Sequence record: LR746311
Reading direction: 5' to 3' (one strand)
DNA length: 64,000 nucleotides
Origin: Shigella phage vB_SsoM_113
Shown here in pieces: positions 29,973 to 39,121 of the stretch. The notes below the pieces were generated by a model, which saw only the letters and a list, made by a program, of their open reading frames with translations, had not been told where the DNA came from and made no database searches. Numbering within the stretch: position 1 is the stretch's first letter; the number at the start of each line of letters is the position of its first letter. A program made the translations under genes and the position numbers.

Positions 29973-29975
29973 ATA
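29968..29975 (+). promoter_or_regulatory. late promoter TATAAATA upstream of small ORF 30001..30168
   Basis: Exact TATAAATA 26 nt upstream of ATG 30001. Confidence 0.55.
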
Positions 29976-30000
29976 GATATATAATTTAGAGGAGACAATC

Positions 30001-30168
30001 ATGTCAGATAAGATTTGTGTTGTCTGTAAAACTCCAATCGATTCTGCATTGGTTGTTGAAACAGACAAAGGTCCTGTACATCCTGGGCCTTGTTATAATT
30101 ACATTAAAGAACTACCAGTTTCAGAAAGTTCGGAAGAACAATTAAATGAAACACAACTTTTGCTATAG
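30001..30168 (+). CDS. small Cys-rich (zinc-ribbon-like) protein (uvsY.-2-like), absent from ORF track
   Basis: Read manually: ATG 30001 after GAGGAG, 55 codons MSDKICVVCKTPIDSALVVETDKGPVHPGPCYNY..., stop TAG 30166-30168; terminator follows. Confidence 0.45.
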   Translation: MSDKICVVCKTPIDSALVVETDKGPVHPGPCYNYIKELPVSESSEEQLNETQLLL

Positions 30169-30191
30169 TGTGACCTTTAGTCTATAGTTTT

Positions 30192-30220
30192 GGCCCTTCC
30201 TTTTTGGTTGGGCCTTTTTT
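30192..30220 (+). terminator. rho-independent terminator ending the uvsY transcription unit
   Basis: GGCCC ... GGGCC stem (30192-30196/30210-30214) followed by TTTTTT. Confidence 0.65.
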
Positions 30221-30223
30221 AAT

Positions 30224-30454
30224 TTAAAAGCTTTCTTCTACTTCATCGTCTGAATCTTCTAATTCAGCTCTTTTTCCTGCCAAAGCATCTCTCACAGAGA
30301 TGTCATCAGTATCTTTTAATTCAGTTTCTTTAACTCTTTTCTTGTAATAAGCTTCAAGTTCTTCTAGACCTTCTATCGTTTGACAAGAGGCAATTTTACC
30401 CATAAATTCATCAATAGAAGCTTCATAAAGAAATTGTTTAAATTCTAGTAACAT
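30224..30454 (-). CDS. uvsW.1: UvsW.1 small protein
   Basis: 76 aa from ATG 30454 (MLLEFKQFLYEAS...); GGAG upstream; track start 30466 is TTG. Confidence 0.8.
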   Translation of the reverse strand: MLLEFKQFLYEASIDEFMGKIASCQTIEGLEELEAYYKKRVKETELKDTDDISVRDALAGKRAELEDSDDEVEESF

Positions 30455-30465
30455 CTTTTTCTCCA

Positions 30466-30481
30466 AAGGGCCGAAGCCCTT
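30466..30481 (-). other. tetraloop hairpin (AAGGGC-UUCG-GCCCUU on - strand) between HNH ORF and uvsW.1
   Basis: Spans HNH stop codon; immediately upstream of uvsW.1 SD. Confidence 0.45.
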
Positions 30482-31172
30482 ATAAATTAACTGTTTTTCT
30501 AAGTATTCTTAGTTTGTACATTGATAATCCAGTAGCTTTAGAAGCATCTTTCATACATTTATACTTAACACCATTTACTTCTATAGGTTTAGCAGCTGGG
30601 TTATTAGCTCCTGAATTATCTGGCATGTTATCTTTAATTTTCTGAATAGATTTAGCGGAATGCTTCCTTCCATACATGCCGTTATTTTTACCCGATTGAT
30701 TGATTGAATGTAATCTTTTAGCTTCTTCAGTCCATTTCGTTGGGTTCATTCTTTTAGTTTTACTAATTTTATTTCCCCATGTAATTGGACGGCTTTTCAT
30801 GAGTTTTGACATATATTGTTTATGTTCTTCCGTATGATGTTTTCCGTAAAATGGATTACCTTCGCCGGATTGAAGTTCTGCCATTTTACGACGTTCCCAT
30901 GCGTAAGATTTATTGACGTGTCTTTCATGAGTATTTGAATTCATTCCCATACATATAACGGCTTTAATTATACCGTAATGATTTGGATGAATTTTAGCTA
31001 AAAGTTTATGGGCTATAAAATGTTCTTCAGCCGTTAGTTCTACTAAATTACACTTATCATCTGTACCACCCATACATCTAGGAATTATATGATGAGTTTC
31101 AGTGTATCCATTAAGGCGAGCCCGATTCTGGGCTCTATTAATTAAATTATCATATATTAATTTATAATTCAA
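30480..31172 (-). CDS. HNH homing-endonuclease-like protein between uvsW and uvsW.1
   Basis: 230 aa; N-terminal HNH core THHIIPRCMGGTDDKCNLVELTAEEHFIAH; two NUMOD3-like repeats (GEGNPFYGKHHTEEHK, GKNNGMYGRKHSAKS); no ATG near N-terminus, candidate TTG start 31172-31170 overlapping uvsW TGA, GAGG 7 nt upstream. Confidence 0.8.
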   Translation of the reverse strand: MNYKLIYDNLINRAQNRARLNGYTETHHIIPRCMGGTDDKCNLVELTAEEHFIAHKLLAKIHPNHYGIIKAVICMGMNSNTHERHVNKSYAWERRKMAELQSGEGNPFYGKHHTEEHKQYMSKLMKSRPITWGNKISKTKRMNPTKWTEEAKRLHSINQSGKNNGMYGRKHSAKSIQKIKDNMPDNSGANNPAAKPIEVNGVKYKCMKDASKATGLSMYKLRILRKTVNL

Positions 31173-32680
31173 AGTTTAACCTCTTTCATCACATAATTAA
31201 ACTTTTCATCAGCATAACGCTGAATACGATCAAGTCCATGTTTTAAAAGATAGTTTAAATGCGAGTATTTTTTAGAAGATGTTTTTGATTTAGAAACTAC
31301 GCCCGCGTCATCTATAAGATCCCAGACCGTTGCGATTGTTTTAGAACCATGCTTACGTAATACGCGACCTATTGTTTGCAATACAATAATTTTAGATTTA
31401 ACACCGTGTGCTAAAACAACGTGATGCAGATTTTTAACTGAAATACCAGTAGAAAATACACCATAACTAGCTACTATAATTATTCCTTTACCGTTTTCAG
31501 CTAAGGTTTTCATTACATTGCGGGTTTCGGTATCAACTTCCCCTGATACGTAATAAACTTTATCGTATTCATTTTTAATTAAATCGAAAATAGCTTTACC
31601 GTGCGATACGTGTTTAAACATGACAAAAGCATTTTCATCTTTTTGCGCAAGCTTAATAGCTAATTTAGCGATCCATTTATTTCTTTTACTGAGCCCAGTA
31701 ATAATTTTTATTTCTTCTTGGTAAGTTTTTCCCTTTAATTTAGTAGTGAACTCATCGGGATAGCGAAGAAAAATACTATTAATTTTTAACTCAGTTACTT
31801 GTCCATCTTCCATTAATTTAGAGGTCGTTACTGGCTTAAATATTTCACCGAACATTCCAACATACTGCATGATATTAGCTTTGCCATCGCGCAATGAACC
31901 AGACAAACCAAATTTAAACATACAGTTATTTAAACCTGATATGATAGATGAAATACTTTTTCCTGTAGCAAGATGACATTCATCATTCATCATCATTCCA
32001 AACTGTGAGAACCATTCTTTTGGTTGTTTTACTACAGTTTGCCATGTACCAACAACGACTGGTGCATCATTTTTATATTTATCATCTTTTGATGCTCCAC
32101 CGCCGATTTTCTTTATCATTGCATGACTGAATAAACGATAGTCAACAAAGTCATCAGCCATCTGAGTTGTCAGAGCAGTTGTTGGAACAATGATAAGAAT
32201 TTTACCTTCATAATTTTCCAAATAATACCGAGCGAGCAAAGCTTGAATTAAAGATTTACCTGCGGATGTTGGAAGATTAAGAATTCTACGACGATTAACT
32301 AATCCTTCGAACACTGCATCTTTTTGATACCAATGCGGTTCAATTCTTTTATTTCCTGAATAGATTTCTAATTTAGAAAGCCATTCATCAAAATCTTTTC
32401 TTGATAATTCTTCTTTTTCGTTAATTTGCGGGTCAATCCAGGCTTTATAGCCAAAGTTATCACAGAACTTTTTAATTTGCCCGACTAAACCGAATGGAAG
32501 AAGGCGATTATAATCTAAAAGACGAATTCGTCCATCCCAGTGGCCATATTTGTATTTCGGATTAAAACGATACCCATCAGCTTCAAAGCTAAAGAAATCA
32601 CGGAGTTCATGAAATGTGCTTTCTTCACAATCAATTCTCACGTGACTAAAATCATAAAAATGTACTTTAATGTCAGTCAT
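31169..32680 (-). CDS. uvsW: UvsW SF2 helicase
   Basis: 503 aa; TSAGKS (motif I) and DECH (motif II). Confidence 0.95.
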   Translation of the reverse strand: MTDIKVHFYDFSHVRIDCEESTFHELRDFFSFEADGYRFNPKYKYGHWDGRIRLLDYNRLLPFGLVGQIKKFCDNFGYKAWIDPQINEKEELSRKDFDEWLSKLEIYSGNKRIEPHWYQKDAVFEGLVNRRRILNLPTSAGKSLIQALLARYYLENYEGKILIIVPTTALTTQMADDFVDYRLFSHAMIKKIGGGASKDDKYKNDAPVVVGTWQTVVKQPKEWFSQFGMMMNDECHLATGKSISSIISGLNNCMFKFGLSGSLRDGKANIMQYVGMFGEIFKPVTTSKLMEDGQVTELKINSIFLRYPDEFTTKLKGKTYQEEIKIITGLSKRNKWIAKLAIKLAQKDENAFVMFKHVSHGKAIFDLIKNEYDKVYYVSGEVDTETRNVMKTLAENGKGIIIVASYGVFSTGISVKNLHHVVLAHGVKSKIIVLQTIGRVLRKHGSKTIATVWDLIDDAGVVSKSKTSSKKYSHLNYLLKHGLDRIQRYADEKFNYVMKEVKL

Positions 32681-32709
32681 GTCTAAATACCATGTAATAA
32701 ATATATCTA

Positions 32710-32717
32710 TATTTATA
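32710..32717 (-). promoter_or_regulatory. late promoter TATAAATA for uvsW
   Basis: Reverse complement of TATTTATA; about 30 nt upstream of uvsW ATG 32680. Confidence 0.6.
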
Positions 32718-32730
32718 CTGAGGAAATATT

Positions 32731-33411
32731 ATGATAGATAAAGATTATATTGCAGAGCTGAAGGCTCTTGATGATAATAAAGAAGCTAAAGCTAAATTAG
32801 CTGAATATGCTGAACAGTTTGGTATAAAGGTCAAAAAGAATAAATCTTTTGATAATATCGTTAATGATATTGAAGAAGCTCTCCAGAAGCTCGCTAGTGA
32901 ACCTATGCCAGAGACTGATGGGTTATCTATTAAAGACTTAATTGATGCTGCTGATGCTGCAGACGGATTAAAATATGACGATGAAGAAGTCAATCCAGAG
33001 GCAGCACTTCTGATTGATTCTCCGGTTAAATCTGACATTAAAATTGAAGTAGTAGAAACGGATAAAATTCCTGAAAATACTGATGTTTTGATTGAAGATA
33101 CTCCTTTTGTTGAAGAAAAATTCGAACAGGCTGTAGCTGAGATTATTGAATCTGAAAAGCCGTCTGTATTTACTCTTCCGGAAAACTTTAGTCCGAATCT
33201 TCAGCTGATTGGAAAAAATCCAGGATTCTGCACTGTTCCTTGGTGGATTTATCAATGGATTGCTGAAACCCCAGATTGGAAATCTCACCCAACTAGTTTT
33301 GAACACGCGTCGGCACACCAAACTTTGTTTAGCTTAATTTATTACATTAATCGTGACGGATCAGTTCTAATTCGTGAAACACGCAATTCTTCTTTCGTAA
33401 CATTAAAATAA
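32731..33411 (+). CDS. inh: Inh, prohead protease inhibitor
   Basis: 226 aa; position upstream of hoc. Confidence 0.75.
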   Translation: MIDKDYIAELKALDDNKEAKAKLAEYAEQFGIKVKKNKSFDNIVNDIEEALQKLASEPMPETDGLSIKDLIDAADAADGLKYDDEEVNPEAALLIDSPVKSDIKIEVVETDKIPENTDVLIEDTPFVEEKFEQAVAEIIESEKPSVFTLPENFSPNLQLIGKNPGFCTVPWWIYQWIAETPDWKSHPTSFEHASAHQTLFSLIYYINRDGSVLIRETRNSSFVTLK

Positions 33412-33420
33412 GGATAACTT

Positions 33421-34551
33421 ATGACTTTTACAGTTGATATAACTCCTAAAACACCTACTGGAGTTATTGATGAAACCAAGCAGTTTACTGCTGCACCCAG
33501 TGGTCAAACTGAAGGTGGAACTATTACCTATGCTTGGAGTGTAGATAATGTTCCACAGGATGGAGCTGAAGCAACTTTTGATTATGTATTAAAAGGACCT
33601 GCTGGTCAAAAGACTATTAAGGTGGTTGCAACAAATACAGTTCCAGAAGCTGATCCTGAAACAGCAGAAACTACGACAACTATCACAGTCAAAAATAAAA
33701 CACAAATAACTACATTAGCCGTAACTCCTGATAGCCCTGATGCTGGAGTAATCGGAACAGCTGTCCAATTTACTGCTGCCTTAGCTTCACAGCCATCGGG
33801 CGCAACTGCCACGTATCAATGGCACGTTGACGGTTCTCCTGTAAGCGAAGCAACTTCTGCTACATTCAATTACACTCCTGCCACAAGCGGAGTTAAAAAA
33901 ATCAAGTGCGTAGCTCAAGTAACCGCGACTGATTACGATACATTGAGCGTTACTTCTAATGAAGTATCATTAACAGTTAATAAGAAAACAATGAATCCAC
34001 AGGTTACATTGACTCCTCCTTCTATTAACGTTCAGCAAGATGCTTCGGCTACATTTACGGCTAATGTTACTGGAGCACCTGAAACAGCACAAATTACTTA
34101 TTCATGGAAGAAAGATTCTTCTCCTGTGGAAGGGTCAACTAATGTATACACCGTTGATACATCATCTATTGGAAGTCAAACTATTGAAGTTACTGCTGTC
34201 GTTACAGCAACTGACTATGATAGTAAAACAGTTAAAGCGACTGGTCAAGTTCAGGTAACTGATAAAGTTGCTCCGGAACCAGAAGGTGAATTGCCTTATG
34301 TTCATCCTCTTCCACATCGTACTTCAGCTTATATCTGGTGCGGTTGGTGGGTTATGGATGAAATCCAAAAAATGACCGAAGAAGGTAAAGATTGGAAAAC
34401 TGAAGATCCAGATAGTAAATACTACCTGCATCGTTACACTCTTCAGAAGATGATGAAAGACTATCCGGAAGTTGATGTTCAAGAATCACGCAATGGATAC
34501 ATCATTCATAAAACTGCTTTAGAAACTGGTATCATCTATACCTATCCATAA
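33421..34551 (+). CDS. hoc: Hoc, highly immunogenic outer capsid protein
   Basis: 376 aa; repeated T/V-rich modules consistent with Ig-like domains. Confidence 0.9.
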   Translation: MTFTVDITPKTPTGVIDETKQFTAAPSGQTEGGTITYAWSVDNVPQDGAEATFDYVLKGPAGQKTIKVVATNTVPEADPETAETTTTITVKNKTQITTLAVTPDSPDAGVIGTAVQFTAALASQPSGATATYQWHVDGSPVSEATSATFNYTPATSGVKKIKCVAQVTATDYDTLSVTSNEVSLTVNKKTMNPQVTLTPPSINVQQDASATFTANVTGAPETAQITYSWKKDSSPVEGSTNVYTVDTSSIGSQTIEVTAVVTATDYDSKTVKATGQVQVTDKVAPEPEGELPYVHPLPHRTSAYIWCGWWVMDEIQKMTEEGKDWKTEDPDSKYYLHRYTLQKMMKDYPEVDVQESRNGYIIHKTALETGIIYTYP

Positions 34552-34563
34552 TCATAATCATAA

Positions 34564-34589
34564 GGGGCTTCGGCCCCTTTCTTCATTTT
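34564..34589 (+). terminator. rho-independent terminator after hoc
   Basis: GGGGC-TTCG-GCCCC (34564-34577) then TTTCTTCATTTT. Confidence 0.7.
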
Positions 34590-34646
34590 GAAAGCACACA
34601 AAACATACTCAGAAAATGATGTATATAATGGCATCAACTCGATAAC

Positions 34647-34862
34647 ATGAGATTGATTATGAGAACTGAGGTTGTGGTGTTTACTCTTCATGAGTCTGGA
34701 AAGTCATTCATTGAAATTGCTCGTGAATTAAACTTACAGGCGAAAGAAGTGGCTGTATTATGGGCTCGAGCTATGACTGCTAAGAATAAATTTGAAACTC
34801 GAGAAAAAGTTGTCTATAGAAAAAGACATATTAATAAAAAGGTGAAAAATGGAACAGTATGA
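34647..34862 (+). CDS. hypothetical protein (24.3-like)
   Basis: 71-aa ORF, ATG 34647. Confidence 0.45.
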   Translation: MRLIMRTEVVVFTLHESGKSFIEIARELNLQAKEVAVLWARAMTAKNKFETREKVVYRKRHINKKVKNGTV

Positions 34863-35127
34863 TCTTTATGAAAATGAATCTTTTGCTAATCGATTACGCG
34901 AAAAAGCACTTAAAAGTAAACAGTTTAAGCTAGAGTGTTTTATTAAAGATTTTTCGGAACTTGCTAATAAAGCAGCTGAACAAGGTAAAACATATTTTAG
35001 TTATTATTGTACTGCTCGCGATAAATTGATTACTGAAGAAATTGGTGATTGGCTGAGAAAAGAAGGATTTAGCTTTAAAGTCAATAGTGATCAGCGTGAT
35101 GGTGATTGGTTAGAAATTACATTTTGA
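34849..35127 (+). CDS. hypothetical protein (24.2-like)
   Basis: 92-aa ORF. Confidence 0.5.
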   Translation: MEQYDLYENESFANRLREKALKSKQFKLECFIKDFSELANKAAEQGKTYFSYYCTARDKLITEEIGDWLRKEGFSFKVNSDQRDGDWLEITF

Positions 35128-35136
35128 GGATTAATT

Positions 35137-36141
35137 ATGTTTAAAAAGTATAGCAGTCTTGAAAATCATTACAATTCTAAATTCATTGAAAAACTTTATA
35201 GTTTAGGATTGACTGGTGGCGAATGGGTAGCTCGTGAAAAGATTCATGGCACAAATTTCTCGTTGATTATTGAGCGTGATAAAGTAACTTGTGCTAAACG
35301 CACTGGTCCTATTCTTCCTGCTGAAGATTTCTTTGGGTATGAAATTATTTTGAAGAATTACGCTGATTCCATTAAAGCAGTACAAGATATTATGGAAACT
35401 TCAGCGGTTGTATCTTATCAAGTCTTCGGTGAATTCGCTGGACCTGGCATTCAGAAGAATGTCGATTATGGCGATAAAGATTTTTATGTATTTGACATTA
35501 TTGTTACTACAGAAAGTGGTGATGTGACTTATGTCGATGATTATATGATGGAATCATTTTGTAATACATTTAAATTTAAAATGGCTCCACTTTTAGGTCG
35601 TGGTAAATTTGAAGAGCTTATTAAATTGCCAAATGATTTAGATTCTGTCGTCCAAGATTATAATTTTACAGTAGACCATGCTGGATTAGTTGATGCAAAT
35701 AAATGCGTTTGGAATGCTGAAGCAAAAGGCGAAGTATTTACCGCTGAAGGATATGTATTGAAACCTTGTTATCCTTCTTGGCTGCATAACGGCAATCGTG
35801 TAGCTATCAAATGCAAGAACTCTAAATTTAGTGAAAAGAAAAAGTCTGATAAGCCTATTAAAGCTAAAGTTGAACTGTCAGAAGCTGATAACAAATTGGT
35901 TGGAATTTTAGCTTGTTACGTTACACTGAACCGAGTAAATAACGTTATTTCTAAAATTGGCGAAATTGGTCCAAAAGATTTTGGAAAGGTGATGGGACTA
36001 ACTGTTCAAGATATTTTGGAAGAAACTTCTCGTGAAGGTATTACTCTAACTCAAGCAGATAATCCTTCTTTGGTTAAAAAGGAATTAGTTAAAATGGTAC
36101 AAGATATACTTCGTCCGGCTTGGATTGAATTGGTAAGTTAA
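35137..36141 (+). CDS. rnlB: RNA ligase 2
   Basis: 334 aa; EKIHGTN lysine adenylylation motif. Confidence 0.95.
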   Translation: MFKKYSSLENHYNSKFIEKLYSLGLTGGEWVAREKIHGTNFSLIIERDKVTCAKRTGPILPAEDFFGYEIILKNYADSIKAVQDIMETSAVVSYQVFGEFAGPGIQKNVDYGDKDFYVFDIIVTTESGDVTYVDDYMMESFCNTFKFKMAPLLGRGKFEELIKLPNDLDSVVQDYNFTVDHAGLVDANKCVWNAEAKGEVFTAEGYVLKPCYPSWLHNGNRVAIKCKNSKFSEKKKSDKPIKAKVELSEADNKLVGILACYVTLNRVNNVISKIGEIGPKDFGKVMGLTVQDILEETSREGITLTQADNPSLVKKELVKMVQDILRPAWIELVS

Positions 36142-36146
36142 ATAAA

Positions 36147-36166
36147 AAGGGACCTTTCGGTCCCTT
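36147..36166. terminator. bidirectional terminator between rnlB and gene 24
   Basis: AAGGGACC-TTTC-GGTCCCTT; U-rich flanks on both strands. Confidence 0.65.
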
Positions 36167-36170
36167 TGTT

Positions 36171-37454
36171 TTATTCATCAACGATAATTTTTGGTAGCTT
36201 AACACCTAATAAAACAGACAAATCTGAACGACCCGCCATTTTATCCATGTCTCCACCATCAATTACTCTTGCTTCTTTTTCATCTTTTGCTACAGTGTAA
36301 GGATTTGCAGATAAAGCATATCTAACTAATAAACCGATAGATGGCTGCAAACTTTCTGGATCAACTACAACTTTAAATGCACCTACATGTTCAGGGTCAT
36401 CTAAGTCAAGACCTTCTGTATACGGAGCATAGAAAATTGATCCAACAATTTCTTTTTCACCGATATTTTCTACTACGCCAACGATTACATAATCTAATGG
36501 GCTGTTGGTATCGCAATAAAGCGGTAAACCATTAGCTAAGAACCCATAGGCATTTTGTGAAAGATATTTGTCATCTTCTGGTTTATGTTTTAACCAACCT
36601 GACGCAGCAAGAATCGCAGCGGCACGAGCTGAAGCAACACAGAACGTTGCGGTGTAAGTTGATTCTTTCTGGATATGTGAAACCATTTCACATACCATTC
36701 GGTATAATGAACGACCTGCTTCAGGTGCAGATGCATAACTCAAATCAATGAATCCAGTATCAGTAATTCCTGTAACTTTATAGCGTTTTGATACTGTAAT
36801 CAAAGACTGTAGAATATCTTTATTGATTTCATCCGCCATTTCAGTTGCAAGCAAATCTTCCAAGAAATTAGGAGCATCGAATCCATTTGCTTCTAAATCT
36901 TGTGCTAATTCGACTGTGATGCCAGTTTTAAGTTTACGAGATTTAACTGCGGTTTGCCATTTATTAATCTGGAATCTAGCATCCGCAATTTCACTATCAG
37001 AGCTTTCAAATTTGCTTGTTACTGCAGCATCAGAAAATAGACGAACCTTTAAAAGAACAATTGCAATCTGAAGAGCTAATTCTAAATCGCTTTCTTCAAT
37101 ATCAGCAAATGGTGTATCTTCTAATACTTTATAAACGATATTGTTATATTTGAATAAATCGCCTTTATTGAGAGTTAATTTAGACTCTTCTGTTAATTCT
37201 GTGATTTGTTTTCGGTCTACGTATCCAGCTTCGCCAGCGTAAGTAGCACCAGTTTTAAATGTAAATTCGTTATCTGGGTTAAGGTATTTAATACCGTAAA
37301 AAGCAGCAACAGGTTGATTAGTTCTTTGCGTTGCTACAATATCAGAATATATTAATTTAGTGGTAGCGCGAGTCAAAGCAACGAGATTTGGGCGACCGAT
37401 TGAGTTGCTATTCGTTGTGGTTGATTCGCGCAGAAGTTCGTTGATTTTAGCCAT
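36171..37454 (-). CDS. 24: capsid vertex protein
   Basis: 427 aa; late promoter and upstream terminator present. Confidence 0.95.
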   Translation of the reverse strand: MAKINELLRESTTTNSNSIGRPNLVALTRATTKLIYSDIVATQRTNQPVAAFYGIKYLNPDNEFTFKTGATYAGEAGYVDRKQITELTEESKLTLNKGDLFKYNNIVYKVLEDTPFADIEESDLELALQIAIVLLKVRLFSDAAVTSKFESSDSEIADARFQINKWQTAVKSRKLKTGITVELAQDLEANGFDAPNFLEDLLATEMADEINKDILQSLITVSKRYKVTGITDTGFIDLSYASAPEAGRSLYRMVCEMVSHIQKESTYTATFCVASARAAAILAASGWLKHKPEDDKYLSQNAYGFLANGLPLYCDTNSPLDYVIVGVVENIGEKEIVGSIFYAPYTEGLDLDDPEHVGAFKVVVDPESLQPSIGLLVRYALSANPYTVAKDEKEARVIDGGDMDKMAGRSDLSVLLGVKLPKIIVDE

Positions 37455-37481
37455 TGCGCTTTCCTTTTGGTTTATATGATT

Positions 37482-37489
37482 TATTTATA
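37482..37489 (-). promoter_or_regulatory. late promoter TATAAATA for gene 24
   Basis: Reverse complement of TATTTATA; 28 nt upstream of gene 24 ATG. Confidence 0.7.
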
Positions 37490-37504
37490 CCATAAAAACA
37501 ACTA

Positions 37505-37524
37505 AAGGGACCCGAAGGTCCCTT
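37505..37524 (-). terminator. terminator hairpin after gene 23 (AAGGGACC-UUCG-GGUCCCUU on - strand)
   Basis: Followed on - strand by UAGUUGUUUUUAUGG; lies between gene 23 stop and gene 24 late promoter. Confidence 0.65.
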
Positions 37525-37537
37525 AAATCGTCAAAGA

Positions 37538-39103
37538 TTAGATACCTTTAACATATACACGGCGGAAGTAAGCGTTTTTACCAAGGCTATTCAGAATAGA
37601 AGGCATACCGCTCTGGATGCGAGAAGCCGGAGCCTGAGCAGCGGATTCTGCAAATGGGTTGATACCGATACCGTAACGAGTTTTGAATCCCATTACCGGT
37701 TGGAAGTTCTTCGGATCGGAACCACGCAGCGGAGTCAGAGCTACATATGGAGCGTAGTAAATACCAGCATCCATTTCGTTCGGACCTTTATAACCTACAG
37801 TGAAATAATCCTGTTTAGCATACTGGTCGATATATACACGGTATTTACCACCCAGAACACCAGCAAATACTGACTTGGTAGTATCAGTGTTAAAGCCGGT
37901 AGCCAGACCCTGTGCAGCATAAGAAATGCCAGTATCAACTGAAGCCAGAACGTTAACTACGTTACGGGAAGCGATAATGAAGTTACCTTCACCACGACCG
38001 GTTTGACGAGCAATTTCAACTGCTTCTTTGTCAATCTGGAACAACAGAGCTTTAAAGGATTCACCCGCCCAGCGAGCACCACGAATATCAATTGGATCCT
38101 GGAAGTCAAATACACCAGCTTTAGAACCCGGAGTCAGGGTCATACCAGATTTACCAACCTGAGCTGAGTAGTTAATCCAATCAACAACTTCACGGTTGAT
38201 TTCCAGCATAATTTCGGTAGCCAGAATACCAGACAGTTCAGCATCAGCATCCATACCGTGAACAGCGCGGAGGTCTTGTGCTAATTCGATAGAGTAAGCA
38301 GCTTTCAGCTGACGAGATTTAGCTTCGATAACTTGTTTATCGATACGGAAGCCCATTTCATTCCATGGGTTATCAGTAGAACCGTTGAAACCTTCCTGAA
38401 GTTCAGCGATAGAAGTAGCCATACCTTCAGCGATTTCTACCAATGCGCCAGCTTCCATTTGTTTCTTAATTTCAGCATCTAATTTAGCTGCATCATCTGC
38501 AGTAGAACTAATTGTTACTTGAGCAGAAGCTTGCAGATATACAGTACCAGTTTCCTGGAAGAAGTGAGTATAGATATCACCTACTTTGGTTTGTGTGCTA
38601 GCAGCCAGAGCTGGGAATTTCTTAGCAGCACCCTGACCAGAGAACATTGCATCTGGACCATACATTGGGTGGAATGCTTCTTTAGCATCAGCAGCGATTG
38701 GGTCTTTACCATATACTGCACGCAGTGCGAATACCTGGCCAGTCGGGCTATTCATCGGCTGAACACCGCAAATATCGAAAGCAATCAGGTTAGGAATAGC
38801 ACGACGTACCATACCCATAACAGCTGGGCCAATCTGAGTTACTGCGCCAGAAGTCTGACCAGCAGCGATGTTAGTAGCGTTGTAACCGTGGTCACCACCG
38901 ATTTCAGCTTCTGTTAAGAAAGAACCAAATGCCTGGGCGATTTTTTCGTCTTTGTACTCTGGAGCTGTCTGGAAATCTTTTTCCTGGTTTTCAAAGATTT
39001 TAGCGATAATCGCTTGTTTGCTATTAGCAATTTCCGGTAAACCTTCACCTTCCAGTAATGGCTTCCATTTGTTCAAAAGTTCAGCTTTAGTTTTGATAGT
39101 CAT
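37538..39103 (-). CDS. 23: major capsid protein
   Basis: 521 aa; recognised as T4 gp23. Confidence 0.97.
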   Translation of the reverse strand: MTIKTKAELLNKWKPLLEGEGLPEIANSKQAIIAKIFENQEKDFQTAPEYKDEKIAQAFGSFLTEAEIGGDHGYNATNIAAGQTSGAVTQIGPAVMGMVRRAIPNLIAFDICGVQPMNSPTGQVFALRAVYGKDPIAADAKEAFHPMYGPDAMFSGQGAAKKFPALAASTQTKVGDIYTHFFQETGTVYLQASAQVTISSTADDAAKLDAEIKKQMEAGALVEIAEGMATSIAELQEGFNGSTDNPWNEMGFRIDKQVIEAKSRQLKAAYSIELAQDLRAVHGMDADAELSGILATEIMLEINREVVDWINYSAQVGKSGMTLTPGSKAGVFDFQDPIDIRGARWAGESFKALLFQIDKEAVEIARQTGRGEGNFIIASRNVVNVLASVDTGISYAAQGLATGFNTDTTKSVFAGVLGGKYRVYIDQYAKQDYFTVGYKGPNEMDAGIYYAPYVALTPLRGSDPKNFQPVMGFKTRYGIGINPFAESAAQAPASRIQSGMPSILNSLGKNAYFRRVYVKGI

Positions 39104-39121
39104 TTGTGTTAACCTTTAAAA

